Source: Pseudomonadota bacterium (GTDB taxonomy: Bacteria > Pseudomonadota > Gammaproteobacteria > Steroidobacterales > Woeseiaceae). From it: a stretch of DNA of 64,000 nt. This document shows positions 1 to 8,618 of this stretch, piece by piece. Both the position numbers and the translations under genes were made by a program. Positions within the stretch are counted from its first letter, which is position 1. Each line of letters begins with the position of its first letter. The notes under the pieces were generated by a model. It did no database searches and had not been told where the DNA came from. It worked only from the letters and a program-made list of their open reading frames with translations. The stretch lies in the NCBI GenBank assembly GCA_039025835.1, contig JBCCNM010000002.1, positions 116 through 64,115 on the forward strand, read 5' to 3'.

Positions 1-189
1 ACGCTACACGCCGCGTGTTTTACGACGATGTACGCGCACATCGACCCTTCCCTGCTAGTGGTACTGCTGCCCTTTGCGCTGCTGGTCGCTGCGTCTCGCA
101 TCATCCTCGGCCTGCATTATCCGAGTGACGTCATCGTTGGCGGGAGCATCGGCCTCGCTCTGGCCAGTGTGGGTATCGCTTTCCTCTAG
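1..189 (+). CDS. PAP2-family lipid phosphatase, C-terminal fragment (5' end outside window)
   Basis: Frame 1 is open from base 1 to TAG 187-189. Translation ...AASRIILGLHYPSDVIVGGSIGLALA... carries the PAP2 C3 motif SRxxxxxHxxxD plus a terminal hydrophobic helix. Confidence 0.7.
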   Translation, partial: TLHAACFTTMYAHIDPSLLVVLLPFALLVAASRIILGLHYPSDVIVGGSIGLALASVGIAFL

Positions 190-203
190 AGCAGGGCGGC
201 AGG

Positions 204-587
204 TTAAATAACCGCGGCGACAAAACGGTCGTAGATCACCGTGCCCCAGACGAGGCCACATATCATCAGCGCGATAGTCACAGCGGCAGAACCGAGATCC
301 TTGGCGCGTCCTGAGAGTTCATGAAGTTCCTCACCGAAGCGGTCAATTGCCGCCTCAATGGCAGAATTCAGGAGCTCGGTCAGAAGCACCAGAAGACAAA
401 CGCTGATTAACAGCGTCCTTTCCATCGGTGTGCGCCCCAGCCAAACCGCGATGGGCGCCATGATGACAGCGAGCGTCAACTCCTGTCGGAAAGCGGACTC
501 ATGACGCCAGGCGTGGGCGAACCCCTGCGCTGAATATTTCGCTGCGCGAATCACGCGCAGGAATCCGGTGTTGTCTGGCTTACCCAC
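204..587 (-). CDS. dgkA: diacylglycerol kinase
   Basis: 127-aa ORF of typical DgkA size, three hydrophobic helices. N-terminal amphipathic RVIRAAKYSAQGF and the ELLNSAIEAAIDR motif are typical of bacterial DgkA. Confidence 0.85.
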   Translation of the reverse strand: MGKPDNTGFLRVIRAAKYSAQGFAHAWRHESAFRQELTLAVIMAPIAVWLGRTPMERTLLISVCLLVLLTELLNSAIEAAIDRFGEELHELSGRAKDLGSAAVTIALMICGLVWGTVIYDRFVAAVI

Positions 588-668
588 TGCGGCAGCTCGG
601 AAATACGGTGGCTAGAAGGTGCCAGACTTTAGCGAAAAGTCGACGTCAGCGCGATGCTGCCGCGCTCG

Positions 669-1457
669 CTATGCCGCCGCCTGAACCGTACTCTCGGCCT
701 GAACCTGTTGGATGCGCAGTTTGCCGGAATGAACCTCCAGCATATCCAGATTGCCGTCGGCGCGCTCGGCGAGTGCTGTTCCGTGTTCGACCCAGTCACC
801 GTCGTTGGCGTACAGGCAATTACCGATCATTCGCACGCGGGGGCGATGAATGTGGCCGCAGACAATGCCATCAAATCCCCGCTCCCTCGCGTAATCAGCA
901 GCAACTGTCTCAAAGCGCCTAATGTACTCATTCGCGCTGGCCAGGTGCCGCTTCAGGCTGGCACAAATCGAAAAGGCATCTCGACCGAGCGACTGTCGGA
1001 GGCGATTGATGAGTACGTCGATCTCCATCAATAAACGATATGCCGTGGCGCCGAAAGACTGCAGATTCGTACCTTCACGAATTCGCCCGTCGAGAATATC
1101 GCCATGCGTAACGAGCATTCGCTTTCCGCCGGGTGTTATGTGCACTGCCTCAAGCACGATCGGAATACCCAGCAACCGCTGGCCGACAGCCCGGCGAAAT
1201 TCAAAGTCGTGGTTGCCTGGTATGTAGAGAATATCGGTGCCCTCGGCGGCCAGCTCGATCAAGCGATAGACAACACGCTGATGGGCCTCGGGGAAATTCG
1301 GGCGGGTTTTTATCCGTTCCAGATCGATGATGTCACCGACCAGGTAGATGCGCTCCGCACGGACCGTGTCCAGGCACGACAACAGGTCCGCAGCGCGGCA
1401 GGCCCTGGTACCGAGATGGACGTCTGAAATCCAGAGTGAACGGTAAGCGGGCATCAT
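669..1457 (-). CDS. LpxH/PlcP-like calcineurin-type metallophosphoesterase (UDP-2,3-diacylglucosamine diphosphatase family annotation; possibly a phosphate-stress phospholipase C)
   Basis: 262 aa with metallophosphoesterase motifs SDVHLG, GDIIDL, GNHDFE and GHIH. It lacks the GDLFxxWxGDD signature I remember for true LpxH. Confidence 0.65.
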   Translation of the reverse strand: MMPAYRSLWISDVHLGTRACRAADLLSCLDTVRAERIYLVGDIIDLERIKTRPNFPEAHQRVVYRLIELAAEGTDILYIPGNHDFEFRRAVGQRLLGIPIVLEAVHITPGGKRMLVTHGDILDGRIREGTNLQSFGATAYRLLMEIDVLINRLRQSLGRDAFSICASLKRHLASANEYIRRFETVAADYARERGFDGIVCGHIHRPRVRMIGNCLYANDGDWVEHGTALAERADGNLDMLEVHSGKLRIQQVQAESTVQAAA

Positions 1458-1513
1458 GGCATGTCCTGTCTGTCATCGTTTAGCCGAGCGTAGGGCCGTC
1501 GATTGACAGGACT

Positions 1514-1542
1514 TTGAATATTCAGTGACGGTTTTGTGTCAG
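1514..1542 (-). promoter_or_regulatory. candidate Pho box (PhoB site) upstream of the LpxH/PlcP-like gene
   Basis: Minus strand reads CTGACAC-AAAA-CCGTCAC-TGAA-TATTCAA. These are 7-nt repeats with 4-nt A/T spacers (11-bp period) resembling CTGTCAT-N4-CTGTCAT. The site ends about 57 nt upstream of the start codon at 1457. Confidence 0.3.
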
Positions 1543-1597
1543 GACTTGCCTGACTGCGCAGGTCACTTTTTCGCGCAGCAACGCGCTGTGCGGCAGC

Positions 1598-2812
1598 CTA
1601 GCTGCCTGTAGGGGCTGCCTCGGTGGTCTCGTCGTTTGGCCCTGCCAGACCGCTTTCGCTGTCGCTCAGCAGTGTCTGGCCGCCCAGAACGATACCCGGC
1701 AGCAGGAAGAACACACTGAAAATGTATGCGAACGCATAGCCGCGGTTTTCTTCCGTCTTCATTCCCAGCCACAGGGCGGCACGCACGGGCAAATCCTTCA
1801 GAATCGGCACAAGGGAAAACAACAGGACACCGAACACGTTGTAGAACAGGTGCACAAGCGCGATTTGCAGCGCAAAGACACCGAACTCGCCAGAGACCGA
1901 CGTTGCGGCCAGCAGCGCGGTAATGCAGGTACCGATATTCGCGCCCATCGTGAACGGGAACACTTCCCTGACCGTTAAAACGCCAGAACCTGCCAGCGGT
2001 ACAATCAGGCTGGTGGTGGTCGAGGACGACTGCACAAGTACGGTGATGACGGTGCCCGACGCGATACCGCGAACCGGTCCACCGCCAATAGCGCTTTGCA
2101 CGATGTTGCGCGCACGCCCCGTCATTACGGCTCTCAGCGACTTGCCGAGCAACAATACCGATGACATGACCATCGCAATACCGATCGCAATCACCAGCAG
2201 TGCCCCAACGGTGGTTGGCAGGAATTCAAGCGCACTGACCAGGTATTTGGCGACCGGTTTGGTGACGGCTCCGAGCACGTTGAAGCTACTGACGGATGCA
2301 TCCGGTCCGGACGCAAAAATCTGCGCTGCCGCCCCGCCAAGTTTTTCCAGCGGGCTGAACAGGATTTCGATCGGAAGAAATATCAGGATGCAGAAGAAGT
2401 TAAAAAAGTCGTGGACTGTTGCCGCCTGGAAGGAGTTTCGAAACGCTAAACGCTCACTGAAATTGCCGAGGCTGACAATGGTGTTGGTGATCGTTGTGCC
2501 CATGTTGGCACCCATGATCATCGGTACGGCGATGCTGACGGGGACACCACCGGCTACGAGGCCGACGATCACGGACGTTACGGTGCTGGACGACTGCACG
2601 AGCGCGGTGGCCAGCGTGCCGAGGATGACGCCGACAACGGGGTTGCTGGCAAATTCGAAGATGCGCGTTGCGCCGTCGGCGCCACCGGATATCCACTTGA
2701 ATCCGGCGCCGATCACGCTGACGCCAACCAGCAGCAGGTAAACCAGCAGGATTACCGTCAGCCAGGTCGCAGGCCCGCCGGCACCGCGTTGCGGTTGGTG
2801 AAAATCGGTCAT
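1598..2812 (-). CDS. Na+/phosphate cotransporter family protein (NptA-type)
   Basis: 404-aa polytopic membrane protein with the duplicated Na/Pi-cotransporter repeat (..ALVQSSSTVTSVIV.. and ..VLVQSSSTTTSLIVPL..). Confidence 0.8.
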   Translation of the reverse strand: MTDFHQPQRGAGGPATWLTVILLVYLLLVGVSVIGAGFKWISGGADGATRIFEFASNPVVGVILGTLATALVQSSSTVTSVIVGLVAGGVPVSIAVPMIMGANMGTTITNTIVSLGNFSERLAFRNSFQAATVHDFFNFFCILIFLPIEILFSPLEKLGGAAAQIFASGPDASVSSFNVLGAVTKPVAKYLVSALEFLPTTVGALLVIAIGIAMVMSSVLLLGKSLRAVMTGRARNIVQSAIGGGPVRGIASGTVITVLVQSSSTTTSLIVPLAGSGVLTVREVFPFTMGANIGTCITALLAATSVSGEFGVFALQIALVHLFYNVFGVLLFSLVPILKDLPVRAALWLGMKTEENRGYAFAYIFSVFFLLPGIVLGGQTLLSDSESGLAGPNDETTEAAPTGS

Positions 2813-3014
2813 TCGAATTTGACTCCAGGGTCAGAAAAGGACGCGCGGGGCCAGGCGGGAATCACGACCCGGCAGCCCGGCGCGGCACACGGTAGCCCGC
2901 AGCGAATCCACGTGCAACCGGTACCGGGTCGTGTGCCATAATTCGCCGGCGCAGCGGGCCTCGGGCCAACGATTCGCCCTGCGTCCCCGGCCCGTGCCAT
3001 CATTGAGCACCGCT

Positions 3015-4160
3015 ATGTTCAGCCTGTTCCTGCTAGCCTTGTCTCGATACCTGTCCCTGCTCGTCATGGCGGTGGCCGCGGTATTCGATCGACGCCGACG
3101 GATAAGCGGACGGTTGCTCGTCTTTGTGCTGACACCGTTGTTCATCATTGCCCAGCTGCTGACGTGGGTGTTCTGGCTGCTGGACGAGGTGTTTTTCTCA
3201 CGCTATCGCGATGTAGAGATTCGGGAGCCGCTGTTTGTGATCGGCCCTCCGCGCACGGGTACCACCTTCATGCACAAGGTCCTCGCTGCCGACGAACAGA
3301 CCACAACCTTTCGTCTTTGGGAGTGCCTGTTCGGGGTCACAATCTGCGGGCGCAAACTGTGCCGCGGACTCGTATGGCTCGACCGGCGATGTGGTCGCGC
3401 GGTCTCCAAGCTGGGGGCACGCTGTCTGCAGGGACTGCAGTCGTCGATGGACGAGGTGCATCCTCTTGGGCTCGCCGAGCCGGAGGAGGACTTCCTGCTG
3501 TTCCTGCCGTTGGCGTGCTGTTTCCTGATCTCGGTGCCATTTCCGGAAGCTCGCTGGCTGTTTGCTTTTTCACGATTCGATACGAGTGTGTCACCACGCG
3601 ATCGCAAGCTGTACCTGCGCTGGTATCGGCGCTGTATCCAGAAGCACCTGCACATGAACGCGCCGGACGCGCGATTCCTGTCCAAGAACGCATCGTTTGC
3701 TGGCACGGTGAACAGCCTGCTGGGCGAGTTTCCGGACGCCCGCATCATCAGCACCTGGCGTGACCCGATGGAATCCGTTCCATCCCAATTGAGCTCGCTT
3801 CGACCCGCGCTGGGCGCACTGGGGTTTTCACGTTACGACGAGACATTCAAAACAGCGCTGGTTGACCAGATGGTGTTCTACTACACCCACCTCGGCACCG
3901 CGGAGCGACTACAGCAGCAGCGCATCGCCCGCATCGATACGCTGGCCATGCGCGAGCACCTCGAGCGAAGCGTCCGAGAAGCGTTTTTCAAGCTTGATCT
4001 CGACGTGTCGGACAGCCTCGCTCAAGAACTTGAACAACGCGCGGAAGCGTCCCGACGGCACAGCTCGGCCCACGCCTACTCGCTGGACGAATTCGGGCTC
4101 GACGAGGAACTGCTAAGATCGCGTTTTGATCTCGACCCCCCCGAGTCGAAACCCGGGTAA
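3015..4160 (+). CDS. membrane-anchored PAPS-dependent sulfotransferase
   Basis: Track ORF is 2931-4160. ATG 3015 starts two hydrophobic helices (MFSLFLLALSRYLSLLVMAVAAVF.., LLVFVLTPLFIIAQLLTWVFWLL). A 5'-PSB loop GPPRTGTTFMHKVL and a 3'-PB-like RFLSKNASF follow. Confidence 0.65.
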   Translation: MFSLFLLALSRYLSLLVMAVAAVFDRRRRISGRLLVFVLTPLFIIAQLLTWVFWLLDEVFFSRYRDVEIREPLFVIGPPRTGTTFMHKVLAADEQTTTFRLWECLFGVTICGRKLCRGLVWLDRRCGRAVSKLGARCLQGLQSSMDEVHPLGLAEPEEDFLLFLPLACCFLISVPFPEARWLFAFSRFDTSVSPRDRKLYLRWYRRCIQKHLHMNAPDARFLSKNASFAGTVNSLLGEFPDARIISTWRDPMESVPSQLSSLRPALGALGFSRYDETFKTALVDQMVFYYTHLGTAERLQQQRIARIDTLAMREHLERSVREAFFKLDLDVSDSLAQELEQRAEASRRHSSAHAYSLDEFGLDEELLRSRFDLDPPESKPG

Positions 4161-4162
4161 CC

Positions 4163-5317
4163 ATGCGATCCATTGCGGCAAAACAGGCGGCGTCGATCGA
4201 CGAATTCATGCGTCTGCCGGACGACGAACCGACCGGGCGCGTCGGGCGCGTCGTTATCGTGTCGGACTCGGTGCCGGAACGAAACGGTGTCGGCGCCTAT
4301 TACCAGGACCTGACCGATCAACTCGCCGAACAGTGTGACCAGGTGGGTTTTCTGTGTCCGGACGGCCGTCGCAAGCTGCTAAAAATCCCGCTACCCGGCG
4401 ACCCGACCCAGAAAATCTGGTTCCCGTCGTACCGTGAATATTCCGACACGATGCGCCGCATGCAGCCGGAGTGCATCATCGCCGCGACACCCGGACCGTT
4501 CGGCCTGCTGGGTGCGTATTTCGCGCGACGCCTGAGTATTCCGCTGGTCGTTGGCTTCCATACGCACTTCTCCGGTGTCACGGACCAGTACAGCAATGCG
4601 TTTCTCAGGACGTTCAGCCGCTTCTATTTCAATGTCGCCGACTGGGTCATGTTTCGCTACGGCGATCTCGTGCTGGGCAACTCGGAGGCCATGGTGGAAC
4701 TGGCGCTGTCGCTTGGCGCGAAACGTGCCGAGGTTATGGGCACCCTGCTACCTGTGACCTCGCTGAACAAACCGACGACACCCTTGCGGGACACGGTATC
4801 GCACGTCCTGTTTGCCGGCCGACTGGCACCGGAGAAACGCGTGCAGTGGATCATCGATGCCGCAGAAGCCCGGCCGGACGTAACCTTCACGCTGGCCGGA
4901 GATGGTCCACTGGGCGACGACGTTGCCGCTGCCGCGGCACGTCTGCCGAATCTGAACTGGCTGGGCTGGGTAGGCCGTAGTGAGCTGCTGGACGCGATGG
5001 ACGTCGCCGACCTGCTCGTACTGCCGTCCGTGGTGGAATCGTTTGGCACCGTCGCACTCGAAGCGATGGCGCGACAGCGACTGGTCTTGGTGACGCCGAC
5101 CTGCGGTATCGTGGAATGGCCGGATCTTGTCAGCCAGCTGTTCGTTCTCGGCGACGGCGAGACCGTCGCCGATGCGATCCGGCGCATTGCTGCGCTGTCG
5201 GTTGAGCAGCGGCAGCAGACTGCACGGAATGCGTCCACGGCGGCCCGGGCGCTGAATGCCAACAGCATCCGGCACTGGCTCAGCCTGCTGGAAACAGACG
5301 ACGCTGATGCCGACTAG
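4163..5317 (+). CDS. GT4 (glycosyl transferase group 1) family glycosyltransferase
   Basis: 384 aa, starts 2 nt after the sulfotransferase stop. N-terminal VVIVSDSVPERNGVGAYY and C-terminal ..LVLPSVVESFGTVALEAMA.. (E-x7-E) are typical of GT4 retaining enzymes. Confidence 0.75.
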   Translation: MRSIAAKQAASIDEFMRLPDDEPTGRVGRVVIVSDSVPERNGVGAYYQDLTDQLAEQCDQVGFLCPDGRRKLLKIPLPGDPTQKIWFPSYREYSDTMRRMQPECIIAATPGPFGLLGAYFARRLSIPLVVGFHTHFSGVTDQYSNAFLRTFSRFYFNVADWVMFRYGDLVLGNSEAMVELALSLGAKRAEVMGTLLPVTSLNKPTTPLRDTVSHVLFAGRLAPEKRVQWIIDAAEARPDVTFTLAGDGPLGDDVAAAAARLPNLNWLGWVGRSELLDAMDVADLLVLPSVVESFGTVALEAMARQRLVLVTPTCGIVEWPDLVSQLFVLGDGETVADAIRRIAALSVEQRQQTARNASTAARALNANSIRHWLSLLETDDADAD

Positions 5318-6020
5318 AACGCGGCAGCGCCTCCTCGTCGTGTCCATTCACGACGTCATGCCGGAAACCCTGCCGCAGACACGGACCCTGTTCGACAAAT
5401 TGCGGGCGGCCGGACTCGACCGCGTCACGCTGCTGGTCGTACCGGGCCGGTCGTGGGGCGATGACTCGCTTTCGGCACTGAAGCAGCTCGTGGACGACGG
5501 GGCGATTCTCGCCGGCCACGGTTGGAACCACCGTGTCGATGCGATCCGCGGCTGGCGGCATCAACTGCACAGCCGACTGATTTCCCGCGACGTCGCGGAA
5601 CACCTCGCACTCGACGCGGCCGGTATTCGCGACCTCGTAGCGCGTTGTCACGCCTGGTTTGTCGAGCACGAGCTGCCGGTCTCGGATCTTTACGTACCGC
5701 CGGCCTGGGCGATGGGCGCCATCAGCAGCACGGAGCTCGCGGCTTCACCGTTTCGCTTGTTCGAAACCTTCGGCGGTGTCCTGGACACCGCGGACGGTCG
5801 CTTCCGGCGTTCCGCGATGGTGGGCTTCGAGGCAGACAACCTGCTTCGCGTGGTGTCCTGTGCGGTGTGGAACCGGCTGAACCTGTCGGTCGCAGGTTTC
5901 GACTCACCCGTGCGCGTAGCCATCCACCCAAACGACCTGTCGCTCGGTATGGCGAAGTCACTCGAGCGGCTGATCGATCGCGGCGGGCGATCGCTTACCT
6001 ATGGATTGCTGGCGGCCTAA
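5307..6020 (+). CDS. DUF2334 / polysaccharide-deacetylase-like protein
   Basis: Track ORF is 5256-6020. The internal ATG at 5307 overlaps the GT4 stop by 11 nt. LLVVSIHDVMPETL..VTLLVVPG..LAGHGWNH.. resembles DUF2334 predicted deacetylases (from memory). Confidence 0.5.
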   Translation: MPTRTRQRLLVVSIHDVMPETLPQTRTLFDKLRAAGLDRVTLLVVPGRSWGDDSLSALKQLVDDGAILAGHGWNHRVDAIRGWRHQLHSRLISRDVAEHLALDAAGIRDLVARCHAWFVEHELPVSDLYVPPAWAMGAISSTELAASPFRLFETFGGVLDTADGRFRRSAMVGFEADNLLRVVSCAVWNRLNLSVAGFDSPVRVAIHPNDLSLGMAKSLERLIDRGGRSLTYGLLAA

Positions 6021-7627
6021 TCCGGACGTTCCCGCCAGTAGGCGTCGAGTCGCGCTTCGGCCTGATCACCGAACAGGACGCGACAGAGCTCCAGCAGACC
6101 CGGGTCGTCGCGCAGCACGTTCTCACGCACAACAAGGCTGATCTTCGAGCGTCGACGCAGAAAGTCATCGAGCCGGGTGATCATTTCTTTCTCCGCCGTG
6201 TGCTCGATTTCACAGCGCAGGTATTCCGCCTCATCGACGAGGCGCTCCGCCATGCGCGGATCGCGGCGGATCGCGTCCAGCATGCCGAACGCGTCGGCAC
6301 CGTAGCGACGCCAGAAGCGCTTCGAGAGTTTTTCCATGGAGCGTTCATCGGCCATTGCGTCCAGATTCATCGCGGCGGCGTCGGCGAAGAATCGCGCCCG
6401 CGTCACCGCGTCAGGTTCGCCATACCAGTCGTCAGCATCGTTCAATTCCAGGCCGAGTTCAGCCACCAACTCCGCGACCTCCTCGCCGACATTGACGCAG
6501 TCGGTAATCTTGCCACCGAAAATGCTGATCTGGGCGCGATTCCGGTCAACTTCGATCGCGTGCTTGCGCGACAGGCTGATCCAGTCCGCATCACTGCCGC
6601 CGCCGCTGACGGCCAGCGGCCGCACGCCGCAGCGTTCGGCAATGATGTCGTCGCGCGTCAGTGGAACTTTGAGATCGAGCAGTTCATTGGCGTTAGCGAG
6701 CACAAATTCACGATCCGCTTCTGTCACGGAAGGTAGTGGGTCGTCGACGCGGGTATCGGTGGTGCCGATACAGGTTTTTGGCCCCATCGGCATGACAAAA
6801 AACAGCCGGCCGTCGCTGGCGAAAAACGCGAGGATGCGGCGCTCATTCATCATCCGATCCACGACGAGATGAATGCCTTTCGACAGGACGTGGCGGTGCT
6901 CGGTGGTGACATCACTCTCGGCGTTAACGTCATCAACCCAGGGACCGCAGGCATTCACCAGCACACGCGCCCTGATCGCCAGTGACTCGCCACTCTCCAG
7001 GTCGCTGGCGTCGATCTGCCAGTCGTTCCCCTCACGACGAAACGCCGTGGCTTCGACATAGTTGGCGGCTGCGGCGCCGCGATCGAGTGCGTTGCGGACG
7101 AAATTCCAGACGAAGCGGGAATCGTTGTCGTGCAGGTAACAGTCGGAATACTCCACACCCCCGACCGCATCTCGCACGTCGATCAGGGGCTCTCGTCGCT
7201 TGAGCGCTGCACGGGACAAGTAGGCCGGCGCGCGCGTGTGAAAACGACCGAACGCCCAGTACAGCAAAGCCCCCAGGTAGATTACGAAGGCCGGCTTGCG
7301 GAAATCGCGCTCGACGGTTGTCAGGAAGCGGATCTCCCGTACCGTGGACGGGTAGCTCTCGTTCAGGTTGTTTCGACTGCCGCAAAGATCCCAGACCAAA
7401 CCGGCCTCACCGGACTCAAGATACTTGATGCCGCCCCAGGCGAGGTTGGAAGACTGCGAACTGGTGGCACCGCCAAAGTCACCGCGGTCGATCAGGGCAA
7501 CGTTCAGGCCTCGAGCCGCAAGAACCGATGCCGACACCGCGCCGTTGATGCCTGCTCCGACGATGCAGACATCGAATGCGCCGGAGCGCAACCGCTCGAG
7601 CTGGGTATCGCGGCGCACGTCAGACAA
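6017..7627 (-). CDS. FAD-dependent glycerol-3-phosphate dehydrogenase/oxidase-like protein
   Basis: 536 aa with N-terminal dinucleotide fold FDVCIVGAGINGAVSASVLAARG. GATSSQSSNLAWGGIKYLE and the C-terminal alpha-helical GlpD-type domain are also present. Confidence 0.75.
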   Translation of the reverse strand: MSDVRRDTQLERLRSGAFDVCIVGAGINGAVSASVLAARGLNVALIDRGDFGGATSSQSSNLAWGGIKYLESGEAGLVWDLCGSRNNLNESYPSTVREIRFLTTVERDFRKPAFVIYLGALLYWAFGRFHTRAPAYLSRAALKRREPLIDVRDAVGGVEYSDCYLHDNDSRFVWNFVRNALDRGAAAANYVEATAFRREGNDWQIDASDLESGESLAIRARVLVNACGPWVDDVNAESDVTTEHRHVLSKGIHLVVDRMMNERRILAFFASDGRLFFVMPMGPKTCIGTTDTRVDDPLPSVTEADREFVLANANELLDLKVPLTRDDIIAERCGVRPLAVSGGGSDADWISLSRKHAIEVDRNRAQISIFGGKITDCVNVGEEVAELVAELGLELNDADDWYGEPDAVTRARFFADAAAMNLDAMADERSMEKLSKRFWRRYGADAFGMLDAIRRDPRMAERLVDEAEYLRCEIEHTAEKEMITRLDDFLRRRSKISLVVRENVLRDDPGLLELCRVLFGDQAEARLDAYWRERPD

Positions 7628-8105
7628 TATACGGTTTGACCGAGTTAATCAGGACGTCGGCATCGCAGGGCTTTTCGAGACAACCAGTGACGGGAATGTC
7701 GCCAAGCTCCTGGCGAACGACATGCTCTTCGTCGACACTGAGAACGATGATGTTTGCGCCTGGCATAAGCGACAGCGTCTCCACGATGGTTTCGGGTCCG
7801 GACATGCCGGGCATAGACATGTCCTGCAAGATAACGCCGATCGTGGCTCCATGCATCTGCACCTGATTGAGGGCATCGAGGCCGTTGTTCGCCTGCAGGA
7901 CATTGAGACCGGCGTTCTCCAAAATCTCGACAATAAGGCCCCGGACGAGGTCGTGGTCATCTACCACGAGCACGGACTTGGGTCGTGCCTGAGAGTTCGG
8001 TCCGGTAATAGGCAGGTCTCCGACGGCCAGGTTGGGTGCAACTGCTTTGCTCGGACGCCTAGATTCTGGCACAGAGCCCTTGGCAGTAAAAGCGCCTCGG
8101 GACAA
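7620..8105 (-). CDS. single-domain response regulator (CheY-like receiver); start uncertain
   Basis: Receiver motifs VLVVDDHDLV ... ILQDMSMPGMSG ... PVTGCLEKP. The roughly 45-aa N-terminal extension is unsupported. The stop overlaps the GlpD-like start by 8 nt. Confidence 0.75.
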   Translation of the reverse strand: MSRGAFTAKGSVPESRRPSKAVAPNLAVGDLPITGPNSQARPKSVLVVDDHDLVRGLIVEILENAGLNVLQANNGLDALNQVQMHGATIGVILQDMSMPGMSGPETIVETLSLMPGANIIVLSVDEEHVVRQELGDIPVTGCLEKPCDADVLINSVKPYIV

Positions 8106-8124
8106 TCAGCCACAGTTTAACGCC

Positions 8125-8138
8125 TTGATTTAAATCAA
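8125..8138. promoter_or_regulatory. perfect FNR/CRP-family box TTGAT-N4-ATCAA
   Basis: TTGATTTAAATCAA lies in the AT-rich divergent region between the two response-regulator genes. TATTAT at 8159-8164 puts the box near -41.5 of a plus-strand promoter. Confidence 0.55.
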
Positions 8139-8224
8139 AATCAGGCAGAGTCTAATGGTATTATCGCGGGCGCGGCGGTGAACAACGCTACAGACGCGAA
8201 GACCGGGACATTCAGGGTGACAGT

Positions 8225-8596
8225 GTGAGCGGACTAGCACGAATAATGGTTGTCGACGATGACGACATGGTGGCCTCGGTGGTGTCTTTGATGCTGACCG
8301 AACTTGGCTACGAGTCCGAAGTTATCAACAGCCCGAATGTGGCACTCGAGCGTTTTCGCACCGCGGCCAGCGAATTTGACCTTGTGCTCACCGACCTGAC
8401 CATGCCGGAGATGAACGGCGTGGAACTTGCCAAGCACCTCAAGAGCACACGCGACGACATCGTTGTCGCCGTCATGACCGGATTCGGCGGCGCCGCAGAA
8501 AGCAGCACTGACAGCGACACCGTCGACCGTTTTTTGACCAAACCGCTGCTGCTCGACGACTTGTCGAAGGCGTTGAGCGAACTGCTGGCAAAGTGA
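8225..8596 (+). CDS. single-domain response regulator (CheY-like receiver)
   Basis: 123 aa with IMVVDDDD, LVLTDLTMPEMNG and FLTKP receiver motifs. GTG start. Confidence 0.8.
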   Translation: MSGLARIMVVDDDDMVASVVSLMLTELGYESEVINSPNVALERFRTAASEFDLVLTDLTMPEMNGVELAKHLKSTRDDIVVAVMTGFGGAAESSTDSDTVDRFLTKPLLLDDLSKALSELLAK

Positions 8597-8618
8597 CGGT
8601 TTCGGTGCCGGGACTCGC

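Noticed and set aside
1461-1510. Inverted repeat GTCCTGTC...GACAGGAC and an exact CTGTCAT heptamer (1470-1476) just upstream of the LpxH/PlcP-like start
   Set aside because: The heptamer is on the non-coding strand and only 13 nt from the start codon. There is no second half-site at 11-bp spacing. The better Pho-box candidate is at 1514-1542.
5522-6736. 404-aa plus-strand ORF overlapping DUF2334 and the GlpD-like gene
   Set aside because: It is out of frame or antisense to two better-supported genes. The composition is Arg-rich with no recognisable domain.
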